DNA from: a phage
Sequence record: OZ346222.1
Strand: one strand, 5' to 3'
Length of the DNA stretch: 64,000 nucleotides
Shown here: positions 26,861 through 35,892 of the stretch, piece after piece
Layout of the letters: each line of letters opens with the position of its first letter
Position numbering within the stretch: the stretch's first letter is position 1
Position numbers and translations under genes: made by a program
The notes under the pieces: generated by a model
Seen by the model: only the letters and a program-made list of their open reading frames with translations
What the model was told of the DNA's origin: nothing
Databases searched by the model: none

Positions 26861-27477
26861 TCTGCTCTTCCCCCTACCATAAACGGCCCTACCTGGCAAG
26901 TGGAATAATTGACGAGCCATCAATCCCACACACTGTACAAATATACATGTAAAATAACTATTGCATAACCTTTCATTGTGTGGTAGCGGTGCTATTTTTT
27001 ACCTGTTTTCCTTCCAAAATTGCACGTAATGCAGCTATTGCACAAAATTTAACCTGATGCACATCTCCAATATCCTGTCAACAACTAAAAATCTTTATAA
27101 GTCATACACTTACACAGCATCGAAAGCGTGTTCTACGCGAAAAATCGAGTATAACTATAGCCGCCAGATCTCAGAATTCACGTACGCACGCCATTCTATA
27201 GCCTGCAAAGTATTTATTCCAACCACAGAATAACGGAATAGTCAATACCTGAATAAAATAATTATTCGTTTAAACTGCATAACATAAATCAGCTCAGGTG
27301 TCAACATTTTTCGTAAACAGTCTGAAATTGTCACTGTGAGTTATCATAAACAGAGAAATCTTTAGTCGTATAATGTTTACTGTACGTTACTATACTGACT
27401 GGAATCATTAGATGACTAATAGAAAGATAAGAAATAATTAACAATACAATTATTTTACCTGTAACAATAAGACAACT

Positions 27478-27726
27478 ATGCAAACGAATGGCATGGCGCG
27501 ACGGAGTCGCGACATAATATAAAAGCAGTAACCATCACCCCCGTGATGGTTTGTCTGCAATCTATTAATCAGATCATAGTTGCCTTGTATTCAGTTAATC
27601 ATGACATAATAAGCAAGGCAACTATAGATCTGCTAATAGTTGCCCTGCTTTTATATTATGTCATATATTATTAACTTGTTAATTGTTAACTTGCTAATTG
27701 TTTTCATGCAAACGAATGTCATGGCT
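27478..27726. repeat. palindrome-rich module flanked by 21-bp direct repeats
   Basis: ATGCAAACGAATG(G/T)CATGGC at 27478 and 27706; perfect 18-bp inverted repeat GACATAATATAAAAGCAG / CTGCTTTTATATTATGTC (27510/27645); 12-bp inverted repeat CATAGTTGCCTTG / CAAGGCAACTATG; several short hairpins. Confidence 0.75.
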
Positions 27727-27734
27727 TATCCTAT

Positions 27735-27805
27735 CTGTGTAAACAGTTAAGGTGTAAACTATCCAGGCGTAAACAGTCTATGCGGGAACAATCTATACGT
27801 GAACA
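27735..27805. repeat. iteron-like array of GT(A/G)AACAG octamers
   Basis: GTAAACAG / GTAAACTA / GTAAACAG / GTGAACAG spaced 10-20 bp; further copies near 27313, 28078, 28790. Confidence 0.6.
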
Positions 27806-28357
27806 GTGAAACATGAAATAATAACAGTCGTTATTGTGTCGAAAGTGTATAAGGTGTCAGACAAGTTTTTCTCCTCTTTGTCAAGTGCTGCATGAAAAAT
27901 TTACAAGCTTGTATGGTAGCATTTTTGCGGCCCTGTTTACATTCAGCGATGTATGTATAATCCTTGTTGTGTGGGCGTTTAGACGTCTAGACGGTCAGAA
28001 GTCTGCAGGTTAATACCTAATCTATCGGCTGCTAACTATATCCCACACAAATAGTAAGAAATATAATTGTTATGTGCGTAAACAGTAACTCATGTTATCA
28101 ATCCCTGTATGTATCGCCAGTGGTGCGCATAATGGGTATTATGTTAAATTGCCCGTAATGATAACTATTCTCACAATGATAGGTATTCTCATTCACTCCC
28201 ACAAGATAGGTTGCAAATGTTGTGCCACTGTGTGAACGGCCTAACCTATTAATTTGCCTCACTGCCTCGATATTTGAGAATTGTTATAAGAATGAGAAGT
28301 ATTCCCATTTCGTCCGCCTGGCAGCACTCCAGTCGCTACCGCTCATGACAGGGCAGA

Positions 28358-29610
28358 ACTAGACCCTCTTCAGATATTTCTGGCTGACTCTTCAGGTCTG
28401 TGTGGGAAAAGCCAACCTCTCCGGCGGCGGGGAGGGGGTCAATTAAAAAAAATTACGTGGTGCATGAAGCGCTCTTCAGGTAAGGCATGTGTTATGGGAT
28501 GAAACCCTCTTCAGGCAATGATATTTGTGGGTGTGATATTTGCTGGAAAGCCAGATATGACGGGACTCCTGGCGGGGCAGGGGTAGTACAGACAGGGAAA
28601 ATATGGGGGATGTAGTTGGGGAAATTGATCAGACAGGTAGAGTATGGAATATGTTACAAGTATGTTAAATAGGGAGGATGAATATCTGCAGGATTTGTGT
28701 GTAAAATCAAAGACTTAAGTGGTGTTGTGGTATTTTCTATAAATAATTCAAGTTTAATAGGTAATATTTGTCTCTATCCACTTTGTGTGGTAAACAGATT
28801 CAGATGAAATTGGTTTACAAGTGTATACATAATATACAAATTAAAGATACAAGAAACCCCCCTCCCCCTTCGGCTACCATTCACCTTTTCCTCTGACTGG
28901 TACTTAAACACTTATTCAGACTCTTCAGGTTATCACCCATATATCATATGGCAGTGACTGGTGTCCTCCGGCCCCTCTTTCGTCACCCGTCCGCTTCGCC
29001 ATGCTAATGCCATAGCCAATGGTTCGGTTGTTCACTCTGTTCACTCAGGTGTATCTCCATACCCCTTCAAACCGAAGAGAACAGAAAACCCGAATTACTC
29101 GGTAAAAGAAAAGAGAAGAACTTAATTTTATCAGGATAGGCAAGAATGTCAAGGCATGACTGCTCACTAAACAAGCAAACAGTCATGTGTGGAAGGTAAG
29201 TGATTGTGGTGGTGGGAAATTTAGTTGAAAGATGTGTTATAGGTGCGCTTCCAGCACTTTGGCCGGGCAGCTAATTGTGTGTCAGTCCAGCGGTTCATCC
29301 TCTACTTCACTGAAATCAATGTTCATGGTCTCCTCCCAACCATCGATCTCAGCACAAGAGTGGAGTTCTTTAGGGTTTACTCCCAAAGCCTCAGCAACAG
29401 AGTCTATATTTAACACCTCTGGCAGGTATGATTCATCGAATTCAAGGTAAATCAGGCCACGAGTGTTGTCAGCTCCACCAAATATCTCTATCTTCATGAA
29501 ATCTCCTCTGGAAATGAGAGTGTGAACAGGGTTTTATACGTTCTAATGCACAGGAATTATACACGTTTGCCTCTTCAGGCCATGCTTTAGCATGAGGAAC
29601 CTGTGTGGGC
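28358..29610. repeat. dispersed CTCTTCAG(G) motifs, often followed by TGTGTGGG
   Basis: Six copies on the same strand (about 28358, 28388, 28465, 28505, 28918, 29567) within a G/T-rich non-coding stretch. Confidence 0.6.
29282..29497 (-). CDS. hypothetical acidic protein (71 aa)
   Basis: Last gene of leftward block; begins MKIEI like several paralogs. Confidence 0.45.
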   Translation of the reverse strand: MKIEIFGGADNTRGLIYLEFDESYLPEVLNIDSVAEALGVNPKELHSCAEIDGWEETMNIDFSEVEDEPLD

Positions 29611-29618
29611 TCGGTGCT

Positions 29619-29831
29619 TCATAGTCTACCACCTCTGAACTCTTCGTGCTCAGGCATAATAGAGAACCAGATATCTACGATGTCCTCCCACGTCAGGTCA
29701 TCAGCCTCAGGATCTGTCTGGGACGAAGATGAAGAGTCCTCAGAATCTAAGTTTTCCTCTTTAACTGGCTCATCCAAGGGACATATGGTCACTCCTTCGG
29801 ATGTCTCTTCAGATGCATGTGTGTTGATCAT
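29619..29831 (-). CDS. hypothetical highly acidic protein (70 aa)
   Basis: Asp/Glu/Ser-rich. Confidence 0.4.
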   Translation of the reverse strand: MINTHASEETSEGVTICPLDEPVKEENLDSEDSSSSSQTDPEADDLTWEDIVDIWFSIMPEHEEFRGGRL

Positions 29832-30191
29832 GTTCCCCCCGTGAGTATTCCGGCAACAGCCGCTATGGAAGTAATGATCATCAGGATCACCACTAAAACT
29901 TCAGACAATGTTCTCATTGTGTATTCCATATTCTCCAAACTGTGTGTGGATACTATCACGGGAGCGGTAATGTGTCAACAGCAACGCCGCGAGGGTTTGG
30001 TTAAAATCCGAGCGTATGGTGATTTGGGTCAAAACGGACGTGCGTTCTCGCTACGCTCGAAAGAGAGACTTGTTTGTAGAAAGCTCTTAAACGCTCTGTA
30101 ACGAGATTATCTGTCCAAGGTATGCAATCGTGCACCAGATAAAGAAAAGGACGCCACAGAGCGTCCTAGGTGTCTTAAATTTGATATTTTG

Positions 30192-30491
30192 CTATACCCA
30201 TGAGGGCTTATCAAGGTTGGAGTAGCTGAAAGGTGTCAAAAGGTGACTGTCAAAATCCCTCAAACTATCCAAATCTTTTTCCTCGTCCTGACACCATCTG
30301 TGCCTACATTTATTGTTGTAGTGCATAGAATGCATAGCGTTCTGCAACTTAACAGGTACAAGTGATTCAGGAGTAGATAGTATTGTTGGGTATGCCAGAA
30401 TCACCTCAAACAGTGGAAACACATCGAAACTAAAGTCTATCTCTGCAGAGGTTGATGGCATATAGGAGTATTTAGCCGCCTTTGTAGACAT
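30192..30491 (-). CDS. hypothetical protein (99 aa)
   Basis: ATG after GAGGTGG; upstream stop overlaps RBS. Confidence 0.45.
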   Translation of the reverse strand: MSTKAAKYSYMPSTSAEIDFSFDVFPLFEVILAYPTILSTPESLVPVKLQNAMHSMHYNNKCRHRWCQDEEKDLDSLRDFDSHLLTPFSYSNLDKPSWV

Positions 30492-30499
30492 AATCCACC

Positions 30500-30673
30500 T
30501 CACACAGGTTTGATAATACCTTTACCGAATAATTCTTCGTATCTAATCTTATCCGGATCCCACTCTTGGATAATTTCGAAGACAATATCCAACCCAGGGA
30601 TAATCACTTCTCCAGTGTCAAGTTTGGCAAGAACAAAACCAGAAGGCTGAATGGTTTCCCAGTTGTGCTTCAT
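30500..30673 (-). CDS. hypothetical protein (57 aa), or 3' part of a frameshifted gene
   Basis: Open frame overlapping 30618..30827 by 56 nt in another frame. Confidence 0.3.
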   Translation of the reverse strand: MKHNWETIQPSGFVLAKLDTGEVIIPGLDIVFEIIQEWDPDKIRYEELFGKGIIKPV

Positions 30674-30827
30674 TGGAATAGAAGACCTCGAAAATATCGC
30701 CGACCTTTATCTGTTGATCAAGATGTTCAAGATTCTCTTTCATATAGACGCAGCGGATTTTTCGTGCAGGCCAGAGACCACCTGCATCACGTTCATTTAG
30801 CTCTTTTACAGTAATCGGTATACCCAT
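30618..30827 (-). CDS. hypothetical protein (69 aa), or 5' part of a frameshifted gene
   Basis: ATG after terminator/promoter region. Confidence 0.4.
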   Translation of the reverse strand: MGIPITVKELNERDAGGLWPARKIRCVYMKENLEHLDQQIKVGDIFEVFYSNEAQLGNHSAFWFCSCQT

Positions 30828-30848
30828 CTCAAATCTCCTTCATAGATA

Positions 30849-30880
30849 GTAAAAAGAGGGGCCCAAGCCCCCCTCTTTGT
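30849..30880 (-). terminator. rho-independent terminator (leftward)
   Basis: GC-rich hairpin (AAAGAGGGG ... CCCCTCTTT) followed by T-run on minus strand. Confidence 0.5.
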
Positions 30881-30882
30881 CA

Positions 30883-31188
30883 TTATTCTACAGAGCGTTT
30901 GAACAGAATGTCTGCCTCAGACATGTGCTCAACCTCTTCTTCGATTTTAGCGCGACGTTTTTCAGCCTCATAGCGAATATCGAACTCGGTAGCCACCAGA
31001 GATTTGATGAATTTAGGAGAATACAGGTGATCCTGCTTCTCAACGAGAATGATATCCTTAATGGCATCTTTCAGATCTTTAATCTGAAGTTGGAGTTCTA
31101 CCAGTTCTTCGATTGTTTTGCGAAGGCGATCACGCTCTGCAGTGTCAGAAGGAAGAGAGGTGAACAGTTCAACTTTAGATTTAGCCAT
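30883..31188 (-). CDS. hypothetical coiled-coil protein (101 aa)
   Basis: Heptad-like charged sequence. Confidence 0.45.
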   Translation of the reverse strand: MAKSKVELFTSLPSDTAERDRLRKTIEELVELQLQIKDLKDAIKDIILVEKQDHLYSPKFIKSLVATEFDIRYEAEKRRAKIEEEVEHMSEADILFKRSVE

Positions 31189-31216
31189 AGTAAGAGTCTC
31201 CTTATGTTGTTTTAAA

Positions 31217-31468
31217 TTAACGTTCTACAAAAATACCGTTCAGTTCAATAACCAGGAATTTCTGGTCTTCACTATCGTCTCGTGCCAGCACCTCACAGAC
31301 GTATCGGTCATCCCCATCATCATCGCAGTCAAATACAAGACTGAGGACTTTATCATGGTAAACCTTCGCCACTACCGCCTCGTAAGTATTGCCGATTGTG
31401 AATCCAAGATAATCTCCGATGCATTTGACAACAACATGGTCTCCAGCATTTAAGTCAATCTTCGTCAT
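31217..31468 (-). CDS. hypothetical protein (83 aa)
   Basis: ATG after AAGGAGCG; ORF-track start likely too far upstream. Confidence 0.45.
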   Translation of the reverse strand: MTKIDLNAGDHVVVKCIGDYLGFTIGNTYEAVVAKVYHDKVLSLVFDCDDDGDDRYVCEVLARDDSEDQKFLVIELNGIFVER

Positions 31469-31623
31469 TACTGCGCTCCTTGGGTAATAATACTGTATGT
31501 AAAACTTTAACCAGAGATGTGAATAACGCCCCAAAACACACCGATAGCGCTAAAACAGACAAGGCCATCATTAAAGCTTCAGTAAAATCAGTCATTCCTC
31601 ACCTCTTGTTAGTCACTGTACTA

Positions 31624-31887
31624 TCATTTATCCTTGTCGTCAAGAACTTTTTTAAATCTTTCAGGGATATCTCCCGTTCTTAGATAGTTCATGACCTCGC
31701 AAGGTTCCCACTTGAATTTCTTACAGAGCAGGGCGGCTGAGATTGTTTCATTGCGAAAAGAAAGGATATTAATATCCCACTCTGAGAACCCCAACTTCCG
31801 AAGGGTAGCTACAGAAATCCTCACCGCAACCCAGCAGCAAAAACATGCAACAAACGCCACTGCTACAACCCACATCAGGATGTTCAT
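31624..31887 (-). CDS. membrane-anchored protein (87 aa)
   Basis: N-terminal TM helix. Confidence 0.45.
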   Translation of the reverse strand: MNILMWVVAVAFVACFCCWVAVRISVATLRKLGFSEWDINILSFRNETISAALLCKKFKWEPCEVMNYLRTGDIPERFKKVLDDKDK

Positions 31888-31976
31888 ATAAGCACCTTAC
31901 TGAAATACAAGACACAGTGTTAAGGTTACTGACCAGCAAATAATTAACAGTGCCGTTGCAACCTTTGCAAGATTTA

Positions 31977-32264
31977 TCATAGTGCCTCTAAGATTTCATA
32001 TCCTTCGGGTCGGAATACAAGCCACTCCGTGGCTCCGTTTGGTCGATACGCTTTATACAGAACAACCTGGTCTCGGCACATGCACATGGCTACATAGTTT
32101 TCATCCACACCTGCAGCCTGCATTGCATCTTCTTCTCCGGCAACTGCTTTGCTTACAACTTCCTTGGTAGGCAGGTGTGCGATCAGCTCGTCACCATCAT
32201 TAATTCCAAAATGGCTGAGTTCGCCGTTGGTATCTTTAATCTTAATCTTAACCAGATCTTTCAT
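31977..32264 (-). CDS. hypothetical protein (95 aa)
   Basis: Stop/start overlap with neighbours. Confidence 0.45.
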   Translation of the reverse strand: MKDLVKIKIKDTNGELSHFGINDGDELIAHLPTKEVVSKAVAGEEDAMQAAGVDENYVAMCMCRDQVVLYKAYRPNGATEWLVFRPEGYEILEAL

Positions 32265-32593
32265 TAGTCTTCCCCCAGGTTCAAAGGTCCTAAGATTTCA
32301 TATGCCAGATTAGAAGTTACAAGAGGGTCTTCTGCGTCTTTAGTATTATACCACCCGTGAATAACCAGAGTCCCACTTTGTTTCATGTCCAACTGGAACT
32401 CTTCTGCCGTTTCCTCATCCAGCTCCAAGATTTCCATAAGGTATTTGATGTTAGGGAGGTATGCAGCTGTTACAGTCCCCTCTACCAGACCTTCAGGCCA
32501 ACCTACATCTGGATGACAAGTAGGAACCAGGTTGGTCAGCTTAATGGTGTACGCTTTTTCTGCACGAGCCTTCAGTAACGGGTCAATCTTCAT
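32264..32593 (-). CDS. hypothetical protein (109 aa)
   Basis: Stop/start overlap with neighbours. Confidence 0.45.
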   Translation of the reverse strand: MKIDPLLKARAEKAYTIKLTNLVPTCHPDVGWPEGLVEGTVTAAYLPNIKYLMEILELDEETAEEFQLDMKQSGTLVIHGWYNTKDAEDPLVTSNLAYEILGPLNLGED

Positions 32594-32943
32594 TATTCGT
32601 CCTCCTCTTCGGTACCTGCTTCCAGTAATAAGTTAAGAATATCTTCTGCACAAGGTTCATAGAACTCTTGGCCTTCATTATCGATGATTTTGTAGTCATC
32701 TCCACGAATAATCAGGGGATCACTATCAAAATTATCGAGACCTTTAACAACGACAACACGATCGATTGCCATCATTGTAAGAACTTTATCGACATCTTCC
32801 TCTGCTACACCATACTGCAGCAGAATGTCTTTGGTAGGAGGAACAGCATCCACCACAACGCCGTTACCAAAACCTTCTGGAAGTTTAGCTAAAATATCTT
32901 CCGGAACCACATTCACATCAAAACCGGTAATTTCTACTTTCAT
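32593..32943 (-). CDS. small acidic protein (116 aa), family B paralog
   Basis: MKVEITG N-terminus; acidic C-terminus. Confidence 0.5.
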   Translation of the reverse strand: MKVEITGFDVNVVPEDILAKLPEGFGNGVVVDAVPPTKDILLQYGVAEEDVDKVLTMMAIDRVVVVKGLDNFDSDPLIIRGDDYKIIDNEGQEFYEPCAEDILNLLLEAGTEEEDE

Positions 32944-33204
32944 TTACAGCACCTCTTCGTCAACTACTTCATAAAAATGGCCTGGGATTGCAATAGCGTT
33001 CTCACCTTCACCTACAAACACAGTTCCGTCAAGAATCAACATCATAAGAATTTCTGTAATATCCTCTTCCGGAACGTTGCCAAAACCTTTAATCAGCTCG
33101 TAGGTTGGAATATTTACCTCTAAGATGTCACCATCTTTAGAACGGAAATCAACACCGTCCTGAATCTCTGCCGTTTCAAGGTTTTTCAATTTAATCTTCA
33201 TCAA
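32944..33204 (-). CDS. small acidic protein (86 aa), family B paralog
   Basis: MKIKL N-terminus; ends FYEVVDEEVL. Confidence 0.5.
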   Translation of the reverse strand: MMKIKLKNLETAEIQDGVDFRSKDGDILEVNIPTYELIKGFGNVPEEDITEILMMLILDGTVFVGEGENAIAIPGHFYEVVDEEVL

Positions 33205-33280
33205 TCGGTCCCCTGTCTTGTTAAGATGAAGGTATTATTTCACACAGGGTTGGCGTTGTCAACACCTGTGTGCAAGAAAA

Positions 33281-33676
33281 TTACTGAAACAGTGCGGATA
33301 AATTACCTTCTGGTGGGAACTTATCTGCCAAAAACGGTGTTAGCACAGTAGCCTTCTGAAGATCTGGGGTCCACTCGTTGTTCAGAACATCCCAGTAGTA
33401 CGCAATGTTGCTGTGTGGGTGCCGCATTACGAACTTTTTCCCTTCGTAGTCATCTGAAACCTCTACAGAAGAAATAACAACAGAATCTTCAAGGGTTTCT
33501 TCATAGAAAGATCCACCTTCAAATTTCCAACGAGATGCAAGAGCCCCTGCCTTGAACGCTGCAGATAACGGACTGTCGGCAAGAACATACATTTCTTGCA
33601 CTCTGTCGCTGCGATCTTTGCTTCTTACGTTGTATACAGTATCTGAGCTATACTCAACACGGTATAGTCTTACCAT
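33281..33676 (-). CDS. hypothetical protein (131 aa), family C paralog
   Basis: Shares V..HP.S...YW...WTP...LTPFL pattern with 35482..35880. Confidence 0.5.
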   Translation of the reverse strand: MVRLYRVEYSSDTVYNVRSKDRSDRVQEMYVLADSPLSAAFKAGALASRWKFEGGSFYEETLEDSVVISSVEVSDDYEGKKFVMRHPHSNIAYYWDVLNNEWTPDLQKATVLTPFLADKFPPEGNLSALFQ

Positions 33677-34008
33677 TACCGCACCTCCTCAATAACTTCC
33701 ACATCTGAACCCACCACAAATGCAAAAGGACAGGTTTCATGAAAGACATCCGGATCTCCGCCAAGCTTGCTAACAATTTCTCCACCACTAATAAACACAA
33801 GCTCACCGATATTCATCAGATTGCTGAAATAGTATCCATAATGATTAAAGAATGCAGCAGGGTCAGGTAGACTAGTAGCCTCAAGTTCTACATCGGTTGA
33901 GATTACTTTCTTATCATAACCTCTCGCCTTCTGAGATGCAAGATCCGCAGAATCTTCAGGCGACCTGAGATGCACAGGAATTGTTTCACCAATAAAGCGT
34001 ACTTTCAT
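33676..34008 (-). CDS. small acidic protein (110 aa), family A-like paralog
   Basis: MKVRF start; ends VEVIEE; ORF-track start is an upstream TTG. Confidence 0.45.
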   Translation of the reverse strand: MKVRFIGETIPVHLRSPEDSADLASQKARGYDKKVISTDVELEATSLPDPAAFFNHYGYYFSNLMNIGELVFISGGEIVSKLGGDPDVFHETCPFAFVVGSDVEVIEEVR

Positions 34009-34012
34009 ATTA

Positions 34013-34276
34013 TCACCCAACAACCATAGCTTCAAAAGGGGTCATGAACGAATAAACGGCATCATCATCTGCTTCAGGGAATGCTCCCAAAGACTTCATG
34101 TCTGAGCCCTTGACAAATACAAGGTTTTGATCAAAAGCTTCTTGGGGATCAATCCGATACATATTTCGTAGAATATCGCTTACCTCCTCATCAAGAGGTG
34201 AGTATGCTGTGCACGTTTTTCCGATCAAGCTTTGAGAATCAGGGTATCCACCTGAAGTTTTAAAATAAACAATCAT
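34013..34276 (-). CDS. small acidic protein (87 aa), family A paralog
   Basis: GYPDSQSLIGK and VFVKGSDMKSLGAF align with 39795..40028. Confidence 0.5.
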   Translation of the reverse strand: MIVYFKTSGGYPDSQSLIGKTCTAYSPLDEEVSDILRNMYRIDPQEAFDQNLVFVKGSDMKSLGAFPEADDDAVYSFMTPFEAMVVG

Positions 34277-34366
34277 ATAGTATCACCTCTGGTAAGAGAT
34301 GGGATTCCTTTCCCACAAATAATTACAAACCTTCCTTATCGAGGAAGTATGCTAATCCAAGCAGGA

Positions 34367-34636
34367 TTATTCCTCTACAATCTCATACACATCAGGAGTT
34401 ACAATCAACTCTTCTCCGTTACCCGGTGCAATAAACACCACCAAACCTTCAGGTGTGTGCTTTTTAGCCATCTCGATAACATCTTCCCGCAGGGCTGGCT
34501 CCATCAGATCAAAACCTTCACCCAGGGCATCACGAACCACCTTCATATAGTCCACTGGTTGTGCTTCAACAATCATGCCTTCAACCAGACCACAATTTTT
34601 GTCTGCCAGCTCAGTTTTGAATAATTTAATTTTCAT
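34367..34636 (-). CDS. small acidic protein (89 aa), family B paralog
   Basis: MKIKLF N-terminus; ends VYEIVEE. Confidence 0.5.
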   Translation of the reverse strand: MKIKLFKTELADKNCGLVEGMIVEAQPVDYMKVVRDALGEGFDLMEPALREDVIEMAKKHTPEGLVVFIAPGNGEELIVTPDVYEIVEE

Positions 34637-34773
34637 TTAGAGGTCTCCTCAATTATTTGATATTAATAGCCGTAACCTAACACATTAACTACAACTGCGA
34701 TTGCAAACATAATTTCAAAGCATGCAATCTCTACATTTGGGACTAATTTCTTGATCACACCCATTGTAGCACC

Positions 34774-35091
34774 TCATTCTCTAAAGTCAATCTTTACTTT
34801 GCCTTTCCCCTTACCTTTCTTTCCACCGCATTTAGCCAGTTGACGTGCTGCAACATCTACCATACGGTCAGTTGCCTCGTAAGCATCACTGCCTTTAGCT
34901 TTGGCAATAACTTCTTTTCCAGAATTGTCAAAAATGAACGCCATAACTTCCTGGTGATCATTTTCAACTTTTACACTCACACGTGCATAGTTGGCAGAGG
35001 GATGCAAACGCTCCAGCTTAGACATTTTGTGGGAAATGAAAGACACCATACCTTCAGTGATTTCTACGTTGCCAGTGATTTCAATTTGCAT
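34774..35091 (-). CDS. hpf: ribosome hibernation promoting factor (HPF/YfiA family) homolog
   Basis: MQIEITGNVEITEGM ... RVSVKVEN ... AKAKGSDAYEATD ... RQLAK closely parallels E. coli HPF (MQLNITGNNVEITEAL ...); lysine-rich tail. Confidence 0.7.
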   Translation of the reverse strand: MQIEITGNVEITEGMVSFISHKMSKLERLHPSANYARVSVKVENDHQEVMAFIFDNSGKEVIAKAKGSDAYEATDRMVDVAARQLAKCGGKKGKGKGKVKIDFRE

Positions 35092-35173
35092 AACGTGTTC
35101 CTTTTAAAGAAGAGGGAACCAAACCCTCTTTGAAAACAATGATACTAAATCTGAAGCGTTGTGTCAACAGTTT

Positions 35174-35464
35174 TTACAGATTGTTGTCGATAGTTTTTAA
35201 AATATCCACAGCAAGATCTGCCATTTTTCGAACATACTCTGCAAACTCAACAGGATCCTTGATCAAAGAATTCACAGGGTCGTACCCTAGAGCGTTCAAA
35301 ATGGCTGCAGCATCTACAACCTTCTCATCATTTGCGAAGATCTCTCCATCAAACTTGTAGGTCCATTTTGAGTCAATCTTGGCAGGGAATGATTGGTCAA
35401 CGCTTGTTACACCATCCTTTTTAAACGCTCCGGTGTTATCAGTGTCTAGAACTAAATCCATCAT
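35174..35464 (-). CDS. hypothetical protein (96 aa)
   Basis: In leftward gene array. Confidence 0.45.
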   Translation of the reverse strand: MMDLVLDTDNTGAFKKDGVTSVDQSFPAKIDSKWTYKFDGEIFANDEKVVDAAAILNALGYDPVNSLIKDPVEFAEYVRKMADLAVDILKTIDNNL

Positions 35465-35481
35465 GTTAGTACCTCACCGTT

Positions 35482-35880
35482 TCAGTTTAGCTTTTCTTCA
35501 ACAACCCCATAGCTCGGGACAGAGTCAAGAGCTTTCTGGTTTAAAAGTGGTGTAGCAGAATCTGCAAACGGTGTCCAAGTTTTTGTTCTGGCGTTCCAGT
35601 AATGCTTCACTCTGGAATCTGGATGCACTATAACAAAAACTTTTTCACTTGTCAACACATTAATTTCTTCCACACCCCTGCTGATAATTTCTCCGTCATA
35701 TCCCCCGGTCTGGTATCCTTCGTACCAGGTTCTTGCATAGGCATAGCCAGCCTGCCAGCATGCAGCCTCCTCCGAGGTGGAGACTACGTAGAAGTCTTTC
35801 TCAAATTCTGGGATACGCCCTTGCTTTACGCTCCAAGCTCCGCGAATTTTCATTGTAACTTTGAATAGTTTATTTTTCAC
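35482..35880 (-). CDS. hypothetical protein (132 aa), family C paralog
   Basis: Paralog of 33281..33676. Confidence 0.5.
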   Translation of the reverse strand: MKNKLFKVTMKIRGAWSVKQGRIPEFEKDFYVVSTSEEAACWQAGYAYARTWYEGYQTGGYDGEIISRGVEEINVLTSEKVFVIVHPDSRVKHYWNARTKTWTPFADSATPLLNQKALDSVPSYGVVEEKLN

Positions 35881-35892
35881 AACGGTTACCCA

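Noticed and set aside
26861-29281. tRNA genes in the large non-coding region
   Set aside because: No GTTCGA(A/G)TC-type T-loop with matching acceptor or D-arm context was seen by eye; a tRNAscan-type search would be needed to be certain.
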